64,000 nucleotides of DNA, filler included, from Caldilineae bacterium (GCA_037446815.1; 6 parts of 6 records of this genome joined end to end with filler, not necessarily neighbours in it); one strand, 5' to 3'. Positions 9,944-20,202 are shown, numbered from the whole stretch's first letter. Numbers and translations are program-made. The notes: generated by a model not told the origin, from the sequence alone.

Positions 9944-11352
9944 CCGTACTGCGCCTTGCAGTGGAACCCCTCGTAGGCGCTGGAATTGTCCACCGCGCTG
10001 TCCAGTTTCACCTGGTTGACGATGGCCACCAGTTCATCGCCGGGCGCGCCCTCCACGACGACCGAGTACTGCGCGTTGCTCGCCAGCACTGCATCGCTGT
10101 AGGTCCAGGGCCGCTCGGCGACGGACCGGCCCGGAGCGAGTGCGTAGTTCTTCAGGCCGGCGTTGGGCCATTCCGCGCCCGTGGTGAAGTCGTAGTAGCG
10201 CACCGTTACGGTGGCCGTAACCGTTCCCACGTTCTGGATGACGATGGGCGTGATGTACCCGTAGTACCCCTTGACCACGTTGGGCAAGAAGATGTACTGC
10301 GCGCCGCTGTTGAACCCGTTGTACGCCGAGCCGTCCTTGTGATCGGCCAGGCTGCGGTTCTGGTTCACCACGGCCACGAGTTCATCCCCCGGCTGCCCTC
10401 GGACCACGACGGAGTACTGCTTGTTGGGCGGCAGGACGTTGTCGGGGTAGGTCCACGGGCGCTCGGGCAGGGAGCGGCCGGGTTTCAGTTCGTAGTTCTT
10501 CTTGCCGGCCAGCGGGTAGAACGTGCCGTCAAACCCGTAGTACTCCACGTTGACGTAGGCCGTCGTGCTCCCGACGTTCTGGATGATGGCGGGAGTGATG
10601 TAGCCCGCGTACCCCTTGACCATGTTGGGCAGATAGACGTTGGGACCGCCCGCCGGAAAGCCCGAATAGGCCAAATCGGTGTCGCGGCCGATTTGGTTCA
10701 CCGCGCCCACGATGGATTGGCCCGGGCCCGCCGTGGCCACCACCGCGTACTGCTTGTTGGTGGGAAGTTCGGAGTTGGGCGCGACGGCGGGGTCGTACTC
10801 GTAACTCACATTGGGCGGTAGGATGATCTGCCGTCTGGCGCTCTCAATGAGGTTGCCGGTGTTGAAATCAAAGAAGTCAATGGTAACGTTGGCGTCGTTA
10901 TCGCCGCTGTTCTGGATGTAGAACGGCGTGCTGAAGCCGTAGTACTGCTTGGTGATGTTGGGCAAGAACACCTTGCGCGTGCCAGGCTCCAGGGCGTTGT
11001 AGGCCATCTCGCGGCCCGTCGCCAGTTCGTTGACGACGCCGGCCAACGGGCGCGTGCCCTGAATGACCATGGAGTACATGCCGTCGGTCAGGTTGGGGTC
11101 GGGGTTCTGGTAGGGGCGGACGGCGCGGGCGCGGCCCGGCTCAAGTTCAAAGGTCTCGCGCGCCGTGGCGATATGCTGGCTATCGGCCATGCGGTAGTAG
11201 TCCACATACACGGTGGCAACGCCGTCGCCCATGTTCTGCACGACGACGGGCGAGCGCCACACCATGCCGGGCGGGTAACTGCCCTGCCCCTGCGCCGTGA
11301 GGGGGAGGAGCAGGACGATGACGGCCACGGCGACCACCAGCGACTTTCTCAT
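9931..11352 (-). CDS. Secreted protein with four ~110-aa repeats, unknown function
   Basis: Signal peptide MRKSLVVAVAVIVLLLPLTAQG. Repeat unit LPN..K.Y.G..TP..IQN.G...L.PGRS...YSVVV...VVNQ...AY.GF. Confidence 0.8.
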   Translation of the reverse strand: MRKSLVVAVAVIVLLLPLTAQGQGSYPPGMVWRSPVVVQNMGDGVATVYVDYYRMADSQHIATARETFELEPGRARAVRPYQNPDPNLTDGMYSMVIQGTRPLAGVVNELATGREMAYNALEPGTRKVFLPNITKQYYGFSTPFYIQNSGDNDANVTIDFFDFNTGNLIESARRQIILPPNVSYEYDPAVAPNSELPTNKQYAVVATAGPGQSIVGAVNQIGRDTDLAYSGFPAGGPNVYLPNMVKGYAGYITPAIIQNVGSTTAYVNVEYYGFDGTFYPLAGKKNYELKPGRSLPERPWTYPDNVLPPNKQYSVVVRGQPGDELVAVVNQNRSLADHKDGSAYNGFNSGAQYIFLPNVVKGYYGYITPIVIQNVGTVTATVTVRYYDFTTGAEWPNAGLKNYALAPGRSVAERPWTYSDAVLASNAQYSVVVEGAPGDELVAIVNQVKLDSAVDNSSAYEGFHCKAQYGCRR

Positions 11353-11530
11353 GACGCCCTCCTTGTGCGCGCCCCCCAAGTTGCCCTTTCAGCGGGCATT
11401 ATAGCGTGTCGCGCGCGAAATGGCAACTTGTCCGTTCGTGGTAACGTGCGACGCACCTCGGAGGCGCGTCGCACGTTGTCGCCCTACCGGTCATGCTGAG
11501 CCGAAGGCGATACGCCCTCGCCCTTCGGGA

Positions 11531-11558
11531 GTAGGGGCGACCGATCGGTCGCCCCTAC
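11531..11558. repeat. GTAG-headed REP-like palindrome
   Basis: GTAGGGGCGACCGATCGGTCGCCCCTAC, identical at 17040-17067; variants near 15083, 16426, 16589, 60109 and 63985. Confidence 0.85.
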
Positions 11559-11595
11559 GTGGCCCACCCCGATTTTCCGAACGGCTACACCCCGG

Positions 11596-11741
11596 AATTC
11601 GGTTCCAAAGTCTGTTGGTGGCTGTCATTGCGAGGGCGCGGAGCGCCCGAAGCAATCGCCGCAGCGTGGGGTTCCTTCGCTTCGCTCGCAACGACACACG
11701 AGGAGAGTGTACATGCGGTTCACCAAAACAAGGTGAAGCCG
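11596..11741 (-). mobile_element. MITE-like element (~150-bp family), runs to the contig end
   Basis: TIR TTCGGTTCCAAAGTCTGTTGG and an internal GTCATTGCGAG...CTCGCAACGAC palindrome; matches copies at 15174, 17082 and 32132. Confidence 0.7.
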
Positions 11742-11841
11742 NNNNNNNNNNNNNNNNNNNNNNNNNNNNNNNNNNNNNNNNNNNNTTAATTAATTAANNN
11801 NNNNNNNNNNNNNNNNNNNNNNNNNNNNNNNNNNNNNNNNN
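11742..11841. other. Artificial contig linker (also at 23480-23579, 34964-35063, 46350-46449, 57722-57821)
   Basis: N-run + TTAATTAATTAA + N-run, 100 bp each. Confidence 0.99.
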
Positions 11842-12000
11842 TGATTCCTCTGCGTGCTCCGCGCCTCGGCGGTGAGCATTATTGCACCGCAAGAGACCCA
11901 TAGGACGCAGAGGGGAGCAGGAGCCAGAGGGATTCTTATGATTCCTCTGCGTCCTCCGTGTCTCGGCGGTGAGAATCCACGATACCCCAAAGGAGCACGC

Positions 12001-12792
12001 ATGGCCGAAGTCAAGCATGTCAAGAAGATCGCGGTAACGGGCAAGGGCGGCGTGGGCAAGACGACGCTGGCGGGCCTGCTCGCCTACATCTTCGCGGCGC
12101 AGGGCGAGCGGGTCATCGCCATTGACGCCGACCCCGACGCCAACCTCGCGTCGGCGCTGGGGTTCCCGCCGGAACTGGTGGAGCAGATCACGCCCATCGC
12201 CGCCATGGACGACCTCATCTACGAGCGCACCGGCGCCCAGCGCGGCACCACGGGGGGCTTCTTCCAAATCAACCCCCGCGTGGACGACATCCCCGACCGA
12301 TTCAGCGCCGTGCATCGCGGCATCCGGCTGCTGGTGCTGGGCACGGTCAAGAAGGGCGGCGCGGGGTGCATCTGCCCTGAAAGCGCGCTCCTGCGCTCGC
12401 TGATGGTCAACCTCATCCTCCATCGCGATGAAGTCGTCATCGCCGACATGGAGGCCGGCATCGAGCACCTGGGACGGGCCACGGCGCAATCCGTGGACGC
12501 CATGATCGTCGTTGTGGAACCCGGCCGCCGAAGCCTTCAGACCGCCGAGACGATTCGCAAACTGGCCGGCGATTTGGGCCTCACGCGAATCTTCGTCGTC
12601 GGCAACAAGGTGCGCGGCGAGGAAGACCGTCGGTTCATCGCCGAGAACCTGCCGGATTTCAAGGTGCTGGGCTATCTGCCGTTTTCCGCCGACGCGATTC
12701 GCTCGGACCTGGAGGGGCGGGCGGTGTACGATGTCGCGCCCGACCTGGTGGCAGAGGCCGAGAAGATCGCGGCGGCCCTGCGTGGCGGGTGA
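12001..12792 (+). CDS. cooC: CooC/AcsF-family nickel-insertion ATPase
   Basis: KIAVTGKGGVGKTT, DADPDANL, GCIC and DMEAGIEHLGR motifs; AAGGAG RBS. Confidence 0.88.
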   Translation: MAEVKHVKKIAVTGKGGVGKTTLAGLLAYIFAAQGERVIAIDADPDANLASALGFPPELVEQITPIAAMDDLIYERTGAQRGTTGGFFQINPRVDDIPDRFSAVHRGIRLLVLGTVKKGGAGCICPESALLRSLMVNLILHRDEVVIADMEAGIEHLGRATAQSVDAMIVVVEPGRRSLQTAETIRKLAGDLGLTRIFVVGNKVRGEEDRRFIAENLPDFKVLGYLPFSADAIRSDLEGRAVYDVAPDLVAEAEKIAAALRGG

Positions 12793-12831
12793 GTTCGCCA
12801 CTCCAGCCATTGCGCTCACAGGAGGGGAGCG

Positions 12832-13635
12832 ATGCCGCGAATTGCCGTGCAAGGGATTTCGCTCCACTACGAGGAGTTCGGCGCGGGAGAACCGCTTCTG
12901 TTCATCCACGGCCTCGGTTCCAGCGGGCGCGACTGGGAGATGCAGATTCCCGTCTTCGCACGGGACTACCGCGTCGTAGTGTTTGACCTGCGGGGGCACG
13001 GGCAGTCGGACAAGCCGCGCGGCCCGTACACCATGCGCCAGTTCGCCGCAGATGCCGCCGCGCTGATGGAAGCGTTGGGCTTGGCCCCCGCCCATGTGGT
13101 CGGCATTTCGCTGGGCGGCATGATCGCGCTCCAGTTGGCGCTGGATCGGCCCGATGCGGTCAGGAGCCTGGTGGTCGTGAACAGCGGCCCCGAGTTCGTG
13201 GCGCGGACGTGGCAAGAGCGCCTGGCGGTTCTGCAGCGGTTCCTCGTGGTGCGCGTGGTCGGGATGCGCAAGATGGGCGAGATTCTGGCTCGGCGCTTGT
13301 TCCCGAAGCCGGAGCAGGAGGCGCTGCGGGCGACCCTCGTGGAGCGTTGGGCCGAGAACGACCCCCGCGCCTACCGCGACGCCATGCGGGCCATCGTGGG
13401 CTGGAGCGTGGCCGACCGCCTGGGCGAGATCGCGGTTCCCACGCTTGTGGTCGCTGCCGATCAAGACTACACCCCCGTGGCGGCCAAGCAGGCCTACGTC
13501 GCCAAGATGCCCCGCGCCCAACTGGCGGTGATTCGGGACGCTCGCCACGCCCTGCCCGTGGAGCGGCCCGATGAGTTCAACGCCGTCGTGGCCGCGTTCT
13601 TGGCCCAGCACCGCGGACGGAGGGTTCAGGGATGA
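12832..13635 (+). CDS. Alpha/beta hydrolase (enol-lactonase-like)
   Basis: HGLG, DLRGHG.S, GISLGG nucleophile elbow and a C-terminal catalytic His. Confidence 0.9.
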   Translation: MPRIAVQGISLHYEEFGAGEPLLFIHGLGSSGRDWEMQIPVFARDYRVVVFDLRGHGQSDKPRGPYTMRQFAADAAALMEALGLAPAHVVGISLGGMIALQLALDRPDAVRSLVVVNSGPEFVARTWQERLAVLQRFLVVRVVGMRKMGEILARRLFPKPEQEALRATLVERWAENDPRAYRDAMRAIVGWSVADRLGEIAVPTLVVAADQDYTPVAAKQAYVAKMPRAQLAVIRDARHALPVERPDEFNAVVAAFLAQHRGRRVQG

Positions 13636-14210
13636 ACCTCGGCTTCCTGGTCGCACTCATCGGCTACCTGCTCGGGTCCATACCCACCGCGGTTATCGTG
13701 TCGCGGCGGGTGGCAGGCGTGGATATCCGCACCCTCGGCGACGCCAACATGGGGGCGCGGAACGTGTCGCGGACGTTGGGCTGGAAGCCCGCCGTCGTGG
13801 TCGCGGTAGTGGATTTCGCGAAGGGCTTCGCGCCTGTGATGCTGGCCAAGGCGCTGCGGCTGGATTTGGTCTGGCAGGTCGCGGCAGGCATCGGCGCCCT
13901 GGCGGGGCACGATTTTCCGCTATTTGCCGGCCTTCGCGGCGGGCAAGGCCTGGCCACTACGCTAGGCGCGCTCATGGCGTTGGCGCCCCAGCAGATGGTC
14001 ATTGGCCTCGTGGTATACGGGGCCTTGTACCTCATCAGCCGCAACTCGGACCTGGGCGCGGGCGTGGGCATCGGGCTAACGGTGCTCCTCATGGTCTTGG
14101 CGGCGCAACCGCTGGGCCTGGTGCTCGCCAGCTTGGGCATGATTCTGTCCATCCCGGCAAAGAAGGCGCTGGACCGGCCCCGTCGGATGCGGGTACAACC
14201 GAAGGGGTGA
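13632..14210 (+). CDS. plsY: Glycerol-3-phosphate acyltransferase, PlsY family
   Basis: GYLLGSIP, N.GARNV.R, D.AKG and GHDFP.F...RGG.G.A motifs. Confidence 0.85.
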   Translation: MNLGFLVALIGYLLGSIPTAVIVSRRVAGVDIRTLGDANMGARNVSRTLGWKPAVVVAVVDFAKGFAPVMLAKALRLDLVWQVAAGIGALAGHDFPLFAGLRGGQGLATTLGALMALAPQQMVIGLVVYGALYLISRNSDLGAGVGIGLTVLLMVLAAQPLGLVLASLGMILSIPAKKALDRPRRMRVQPKG

Positions 14211-14218
14211 TGCGCGCC

Positions 14219-14908
14219 CTACCGCGCCTGGACCGTGCCCAGCACCTCCCAGCCGCGAGCCTGCGCGTGGGCGGCCAGCGCCTTCTCCGGGTACACGGCC
14301 ACGGGATGCCCCACCGCTTCCAGCAGCGGGATGTCGGTGCGATTGTCGGCGTAGGCATAGGAGTTGTCCCAGTCCAGGGCCAGGCCCTCGCGCGCGGCTA
14401 GCGTTTGGATGCCGGCCACCTTCCCCTGGCCGGTGATGGCAGGCCCCAGAGCGCGGCCCGTGTATCGGCCATCTCGCACCTCCGCCTCCGTGCCGATGAC
14501 GTAGGGCACACCCAATTCGGCGGCGAGCATTTGCAGGATTTCGCGGAAGCCGCCGGATACGAGCATGATGATGTGGCCCTCGCGCTGGTGGCGGCGCAGG
14601 CGCTCCAGCACGTCGGGGCGTAGGCCGGGCAGAATCCGCTGTTCCAGGATGTGACGGAAGATGGCGTCGGCCCGCTCCGTGGGGAGGCCGCGCAGAACCC
14701 AGGTGAGGTCGCGCGCCCACGACCCGTAGAACCGCTCGTGGCTGAGGAGGCCCGCCAGGTTCAGTGGCCACAGCGCCATGTGGCCCGCCAGGTAGGCCCA
14801 GAGCAGCCCTCGGCGTTCCTGCCTCTCCCGGAAGTAGTCGGAGAAGTCCCGCCAAAGATGGCCCGCGTACAGTGTCCCGTCAAAGTCAAAGAACGCTGCT
14901 GGTTTCAT
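14219..14908 (-). CDS. HAD-IB family hydrolase
   Basis: FFDFDGTL, LVSGG, GQGK and YAYAD..TD.PLL motifs. Confidence 0.88.
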   Translation of the reverse strand: MKPAAFFDFDGTLYAGHLWRDFSDYFRERQERRGLLWAYLAGHMALWPLNLAGLLSHERFYGSWARDLTWVLRGLPTERADAIFRHILEQRILPGLRPDVLERLRRHQREGHIIMLVSGGFREILQMLAAELGVPYVIGTEAEVRDGRYTGRALGPAITGQGKVAGIQTLAAREGLALDWDNSYAYADNRTDIPLLEAVGHPVAVYPEKALAAHAQARGWEVLGTVQAR

Positions 14909-15173
14909 GGCCGTTGCCCCCCGTATGCTCGCCTGCCCGCGACAGATTCTTCGCGGCGTGGCCGCTCACAACGACAGTTGCCGCGGGCGAAGCGATCTCG
15001 CGAGATCTTATCCACGAATCGCACGAATAGCACGATCAGGGCATCATGACATGTTGCCACGCCGTGTAGGGCGAGTCGTGGTTGTAGGGGCAGGTCTCAG
15101 ACCTGCCCCTGCGAGACCTGCCCCCAGGGTCTGCGCATGGCAGCAGCCTTGCCCCAAACCGAAATGCATCCTC

Positions 15174-15324
15174 GAGTCGGTTTCATCTTGTGTTGGTGAA
15201 CCGCAGGCGCACTCTGCCCGTGTGTCGTTGCGAGCGAAGCGAAGCAACCTCACGCATCAGAGATTGCTTCGGGCGCTCCGCGCCCTCGCAATGACAAAAT
15301 GCCAACAGACTTTGAAACCGACTC
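15174..15324 (+). mobile_element. MITE-like element, complete ~151-bp copy
   Basis: Ends GAGTCGGTTTCATCTTGTGTTGG and CCAACAGACTTTGAAACCGACTC; internal palindromic module. Confidence 0.75.
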
Positions 15325-15401
15325 GCCTCCTCCCTTCCGGCCCTTGCAAATGCGTTCGTGGCGTATTATAATCCGTGTAGGTTCGGAAGGGAAAGCGGCC
15401 C

Positions 15402-15881
15402 ATGGCAGACTATACGGTGCATCCCATCGGATACGTGCAGAACGGCATCACGGCGTTGGATGGCGTCATCTGGGAAGAGACGGAGTCCAGGGTGGTGGTG
15501 GCGCCCGAGTATGCCGACGGGCTGGAGGGGATAGACGACTTCTCGCATGTGATTGTCATCGGGTACCTGCATCGGCGGGAACACGCCCACGGGCACGAAC
15601 ACCCCCTGCGTGTGCACCCGCAGGGCCGCGAGGACCTGCCGCTGGTGGGCGTGTTTGCCACGCGCAGCCCGAAGCGCCCCAATCCCATCGCCATCACCGT
15701 GGTGCGGCTTATTCGGCGCGAGGGAAATGTGCTCCACGTCAAGGGCCTGGATATGGCCGACGGCACGCCGGTGCTGGACATCAAGCCGTATCTCACGCGA
15801 GGCGATCGGGTGGAAGACGCCACCGTCGCGGAGTGGTTATATCGCTTGTGGGAGACCCAACAGGACCGGGACGCAGGCTGA
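15402..15881 (+). CDS. trmO: TrmO/TsaA-family tRNA methyltransferase
   Basis: HPIGYV, GVFATRSPKRPNPI and GLD..DGTPVLDIKPY motifs. Confidence 0.85.
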   Translation: MADYTVHPIGYVQNGITALDGVIWEETESRVVVAPEYADGLEGIDDFSHVIVIGYLHRREHAHGHEHPLRVHPQGREDLPLVGVFATRSPKRPNPIAITVVRLIRREGNVLHVKGLDMADGTPVLDIKPYLTRGDRVEDATVAEWLYRLWETQQDRDAG

Positions 15882-15905
15882 TTCTCGGCAGGGAGGAGGC
15901 GACCG

Positions 15906-16322
15906 ATGCTCATCCGAGACTTTGAGGTGAAGGACTGCGAGCGGATCGTGGAGATTCTCAAGGCGAACCAGCAGTACGGACACCCGGAGATGGACGGCCC
16001 GGAGGCGATGAAGCGGGTGGCCGAGTGCCAGGCCGCCGAGTTCCTCGTGGCCGAGGAAGATGGCCAGGTCGTGGGCATGATTCGCGGCGTGTTTGACGGC
16101 TCGCGCGCCATCATCTACATCGCCTCGGTGCACCCGGACTACCAGCGGCGGGGGATTGGACGCGCCCTGGTCCGCGCCATCGCGGAGCGGTTCAAGGCGC
16201 GCGGCGCGCAGAACCTCTCCGTCGTCATCCCCGGCGAGGTGGGCTTCTGGGCCAAGTTGCACTTCCGCCAGACGACTCGCATCATGACTGCCCATCCGAT
16301 TGACGCCGTCTTTGAGATGTAG
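15906..16322 (+). CDS. GNAT acetyltransferase
   Basis: Acetyl-CoA motif VHPDYQRRGIGRAL; GGAGG RBS. Confidence 0.88.
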   Translation: MLIRDFEVKDCERIVEILKANQQYGHPEMDGPEAMKRVAECQAAEFLVAEEDGQVVGMIRGVFDGSRAIIYIASVHPDYQRRGIGRALVRAIAERFKARGAQNLSVVIPGEVGFWAKLHFRQTTRIMTAHPIDAVFEM

Positions 16323-17081
16323 CGCCGGCCACGCAGCGGGCGCCGTCGCACGCAGTGCTTCGCTGCACTCGCAGCGCTGGACGCGGAGAGTGGCGCGCGC
16401 TTGGCGCAGTCGGGGCAGCGCCGTAGTAGGGGCGACCGATCGTTGCCCCTGCTCAGGGTAACAGGACCGGACTGCGTCCCCCCAAGGCGCCGCCATGCGC
16501 CCCCGCTCCCTCGCCCACCGGGAGAGGGCTGGGGGTGAGGGGGAGGTGCGATATGGCAGGGCCGCCCGACGCTAACGGATCGGGATGAGTAGGGGTGGGT
16601 CTGAGGCCCACCCCCATTTGGTGCCCGTAGCGCGGCGGCTCTAGCCCCGCCCTGGCGGATGCGCATGTGCGGGCGGCCGACCGGTTGCCCGTACGCCACA
16701 GTCTTGCCCCAAGTGTGCAACTCATTTGTCATCGCGGGCGAAGCGATCCCCAGAGTTGTATCCACGGATAACACGGATTGCACAGATAGGCGGGCGATTC
16801 TTCGGCGCTTCGCGCCTCAAAATACACTAATGACAACAGACACCCACACAGCCTGGAACCGAATCATCGCCGCCATTCGGTTCCAAAAAGTGTTGGTGCA
16901 GTTCACGCGGCTTGGCGTCGCGCACAATGCCGCACGACACGAGGCAACTTCGGAGGAGTGCAACCGTCAATAACGCGAATCCACGCGAACAGGGTTGGGG
17001 TGCATCCACGGATGGCACGGATTGCGGGGATTGGGGAGAGTAGGGGCGACCGATCGGTCGCCCCTACGCGATGGCGCCCCG

Positions 17082-17231
17082 CATTCGGTTCCAGTGTCTG
17101 CGGGTGGCCGTCATTGCGAGGGCGCGGAACGCCCGAAGCAATCGCCGCAGCGTGGGATGGCTTCGCTTCGCTCGCAATGACACGCGAAGAGAGTGCGCCT
17201 ACGGTTCGCCAACACAAGATGAAACCGAATC
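17082..17231 (-). mobile_element. MITE-like element, ~150-bp copy
   Basis: CATTCGGTTCCA...CCAACACAAGATGAAACCGAATC; same internal module as the 11596 copy. Confidence 0.7.
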
Positions 17232-17316
17232 GGGAGCGCGCGGCTTTGCTACTGGCCCGATTCTGCGTATAATCACCGCGGCGGCTCCAGCAGCGCCGCC
17301 CTAGAAGCGAGATGAC

Positions 17317-20202
17317 ATGCACCGAATCTACGTCGCCCTGGATTCGGAGACCACCGGCCTAGACTCAGAGCGGGATTCCATCCTGGAAATTGGCGCCGTC
17401 AAGTTCCGGGGCAAGGAGATTCTCGGCACCTGGTCGTCCCTGGTCAACCCCTTTCGCCCCATCCCCTACAAGATCACCCAACTGACGGGCATCCGAGACG
17501 AGGATGTGCAGAACGCGCCGCCGTTGAAAGCGGTGCTGCCGGACCTGGTGGAATTCGTGGGGCGCGCGCCCATCGTGGGCCACAGTGTGCAATTTGACCT
17601 GGACTTCCTCGCCAAGCAGGGCGTCCTGACCGGCGCGCAGGCCGTAGACACCTTTGAACTCGCCAGCATCCTGGTCCCCCACGCCCCGCGCTACAGCCTT
17701 AAGGTGCTCGCCCAGACGTTGGGGGTGCCGGCGGCGGTGCATCACCGCGCGCTGGACGACGCCCAGACGGCCATGAACCTGTTCAACGTGCTCCTGGAGC
17801 GGGCGCTGGCGCTGGACATGCGCCTGCTGGAGGAAATCGTCCGCCTGACGCAGCACAGCGACTGGGCGCTCCGCGACCTGTTCCGCGACATTCTGTCCTA
17901 CAAGGGGCGGGCGGCGTTCGTCCCCGGCAGCCTGGGGCAGCAGGTGCGGGCGAAGGTCGGCGACGACGCCTACGGCCTGGGCATCCGCATGCTTCGCGAG
18001 GATGAAGAGCCGCCCCTGCGCCCCACGACGCGCAAGGTGCCCGTGGACGTGGACATCCTGGCGCGGATGCTGGAGGACGGCGGCGAATTCGCGCGATACT
18101 TCCCGCATTTTGAGCATCGCCCTCAGCAGGTGGAAATGCTCCGCGCCGTGGCCCGCAGCCTCAATGAGGGCCAGCATCTGCTGGTGGAAGCGGGCACCGG
18201 CACGGGCAAGTCCCTGGCCTACCTGTTGCCCGCCATGCATTTCGCGCTGGAGAACGAGCGCCCCGTGGTGGTATCCACCAACACCATCAACTTGCAGGAG
18301 CAACTGTACCTCAAGGACATCCCGGATATCCAGAAGGTGCTGTCGCTGGACGTGCGGGTGGCGCTGCTGAAGGGACGCAGCAACTACCTGTGCCTGCGGC
18401 GCCTTGCCGCGATGCGCGCCCGCGACAACCTCAACGAGGACGAACTCCGCGTCCTGGCCAAGGTGCTCATCTGGCAGGAGACCACCGCCACGGGCGACGT
18501 AGCGGAACTGTTCCTGCCCACCCAGCAGGAGCGGGCGGTGTGGTCGCAAGTCTCCTCGGAGCAGGAGAGTTGCCTGGCCGAAGATTGCCCCCATCGGCAG
18601 AAGGGCCGGTGCTTCTTCTACCGGGCCCGTCGTCGGGCGGAGCGCGCCCACATCATCATCGTCAACCACGCGCTGTTGCTGTCCGACGTGGCCGTGGAGA
18701 ACCGCGTGCTGCCCGAGTACAAGTACCTGATAGTGGATGAGGCGCACCACCTTGAGGATGCCATCACCCGCCAACTCGGTTTCCAGATAGACCGCTTTGC
18801 TCTGGACCGACAACTCGGCGAAATCAGCCAGAGGGTAGGGGCTGGACGCTATCGGGGCTTCCTTACCGATGTGGCGATGCGGTGTCGCAATGCCGTGCCC
18901 GGGCCCCTGTTCCGAGACCTGGAGTCGCTCCTGGCCGAGGTGAGGAGCGACGTGGACCTGGCCCAGCGGACCGTGGGCGACTTCTTCGCCATGGCCGACG
19001 AGTTCATGACCGAGCACTCCAACGGCGCCGACGATTCGGGGTACAGCCAGCGGTTGCGCATCACGTCCGGGGTCAGGGCGCAGCCCGCCTGGAATCTGGT
19101 GGAGACGGCCTGGCAGGACTGCGCCGTCATCCTGAACAAGGTGGAGCGAGGCTTGGGCCAGGTGTACAACGCGCTGGATGGGATGGACTCCTACGACATC
19201 CCGGACCTGGAGGACATGCTCCAGGACCTGGCCGCGCACGTTCTGCACCTGCGCACCGTCCGCGACCAGATTGGGCAAATCGTGAGCAACCCATCCGACA
19301 ACCAGGTGTACTGGCTGGAGCGAAACACGGAGCGCAATATCCTGTCGCTGAACGCCGCGCCGCTGCGGGTGGGCGATCTGGTGCGCCAGCATATCTTCGG
19401 GCAGAAGGAGTCCGTGATCCTCACGTCGGCCACCCTGTGCGTGGGCGGCAAGTTTGACTACGTCCGCGACCGACTTGGCGCGTGGGAGGCCGATGAACTG
19501 GCCGTCGGCTCGCCCTTTGACTACAAGGCGTCCACGCTGGTCTATGTGCCGCTGGACATGCCGGAACCCAACGAGCCGTACTACCAGCGCAACCTGGAGG
19601 AGGCCCTTGTCCGCCTGTGCACAGCCATGGGGGGGCGCACGCTGGTGCTGTTCACATCGTACAGCCAGTTGCGGGCGACGGCGAGGGCCATCTCCAAGCG
19701 CCTGGCCGAGGAAGACATCCTGGTGCTGGAGCACGGCGACGGAGGCTCGCGTCAGCAACTGCTCACCACCTTCCGCGAGACGCCGCGCGCGGTGCTATTG
19801 GGAACGCGCTCGTTCTGGGAGGGGATTGACGTTGTGGGCGAGGCGTTGAGTTGCCTGGTCATCGCCCGCCTGCCCTTCGCCGTGCCCAGCGAGCCGGTGT
19901 TCGCCGCCCGCAGCGAGACCTTTGAGGACCCCTTCAACCAGTACGCCGTGCCCGAGAGCGTGTTGCGGTTTCGCCAGGGGTTCGGGCGGCTCATCCGCAG
20001 CCGAACGGACCGAGGTGTGTTCGTGGTGCTGGACAAGCGCATCCTCAGCAAGGCCTACGGGCGAATGTTCCTGGACTCCCTGCCGCCGTGCACCGTGCGC
20101 AAGGGAAGCCTGACGGAACTGGCAGAGGCGGCGCGCCGATGGGTGGACGGCCCGGCGGACTCCCGCGCCCCGGCCTCTGCGCACGAAGAGCAGCCCACAT
20201 GA
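17317..20202 (+). CDS. dinG: DinG-family helicase with N-terminal DEDDh exonuclease
   Basis: ALDSETTG exonuclease domain; EAGTGTGKS, LKGRSNYLC, VDEAHH, FWEGID and QGFGRLIR motifs. Confidence 0.92.
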   Translation: MHRIYVALDSETTGLDSERDSILEIGAVKFRGKEILGTWSSLVNPFRPIPYKITQLTGIRDEDVQNAPPLKAVLPDLVEFVGRAPIVGHSVQFDLDFLAKQGVLTGAQAVDTFELASILVPHAPRYSLKVLAQTLGVPAAVHHRALDDAQTAMNLFNVLLERALALDMRLLEEIVRLTQHSDWALRDLFRDILSYKGRAAFVPGSLGQQVRAKVGDDAYGLGIRMLREDEEPPLRPTTRKVPVDVDILARMLEDGGEFARYFPHFEHRPQQVEMLRAVARSLNEGQHLLVEAGTGTGKSLAYLLPAMHFALENERPVVVSTNTINLQEQLYLKDIPDIQKVLSLDVRVALLKGRSNYLCLRRLAAMRARDNLNEDELRVLAKVLIWQETTATGDVAELFLPTQQERAVWSQVSSEQESCLAEDCPHRQKGRCFFYRARRRAERAHIIIVNHALLLSDVAVENRVLPEYKYLIVDEAHHLEDAITRQLGFQIDRFALDRQLGEISQRVGAGRYRGFLTDVAMRCRNAVPGPLFRDLESLLAEVRSDVDLAQRTVGDFFAMADEFMTEHSNGADDSGYSQRLRITSGVRAQPAWNLVETAWQDCAVILNKVERGLGQVYNALDGMDSYDIPDLEDMLQDLAAHVLHLRTVRDQIGQIVSNPSDNQVYWLERNTERNILSLNAAPLRVGDLVRQHIFGQKESVILTSATLCVGGKFDYVRDRLGAWEADELAVGSPFDYKASTLVYVPLDMPEPNEPYYQRNLEEALVRLCTAMGGRTLVLFTSYSQLRATARAISKRLAEEDILVLEHGDGGSRQQLLTTFRETPRAVLLGTRSFWEGIDVVGEALSCLVIARLPFAVPSEPVFAARSETFEDPFNQYAVPESVLRFRQGFGRLIRSRTDRGVFVVLDKRILSKAYGRMFLDSLPPCTVRKGSLTELAEAARRWVDGPADSRAPASAHEEQPT

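Noticed and set aside
11742..11841. TTAATTAATTAA palindrome repeated five times at roughly 11-12 kb spacing
   Set aside because: Artificial contig linker embedded in N runs.
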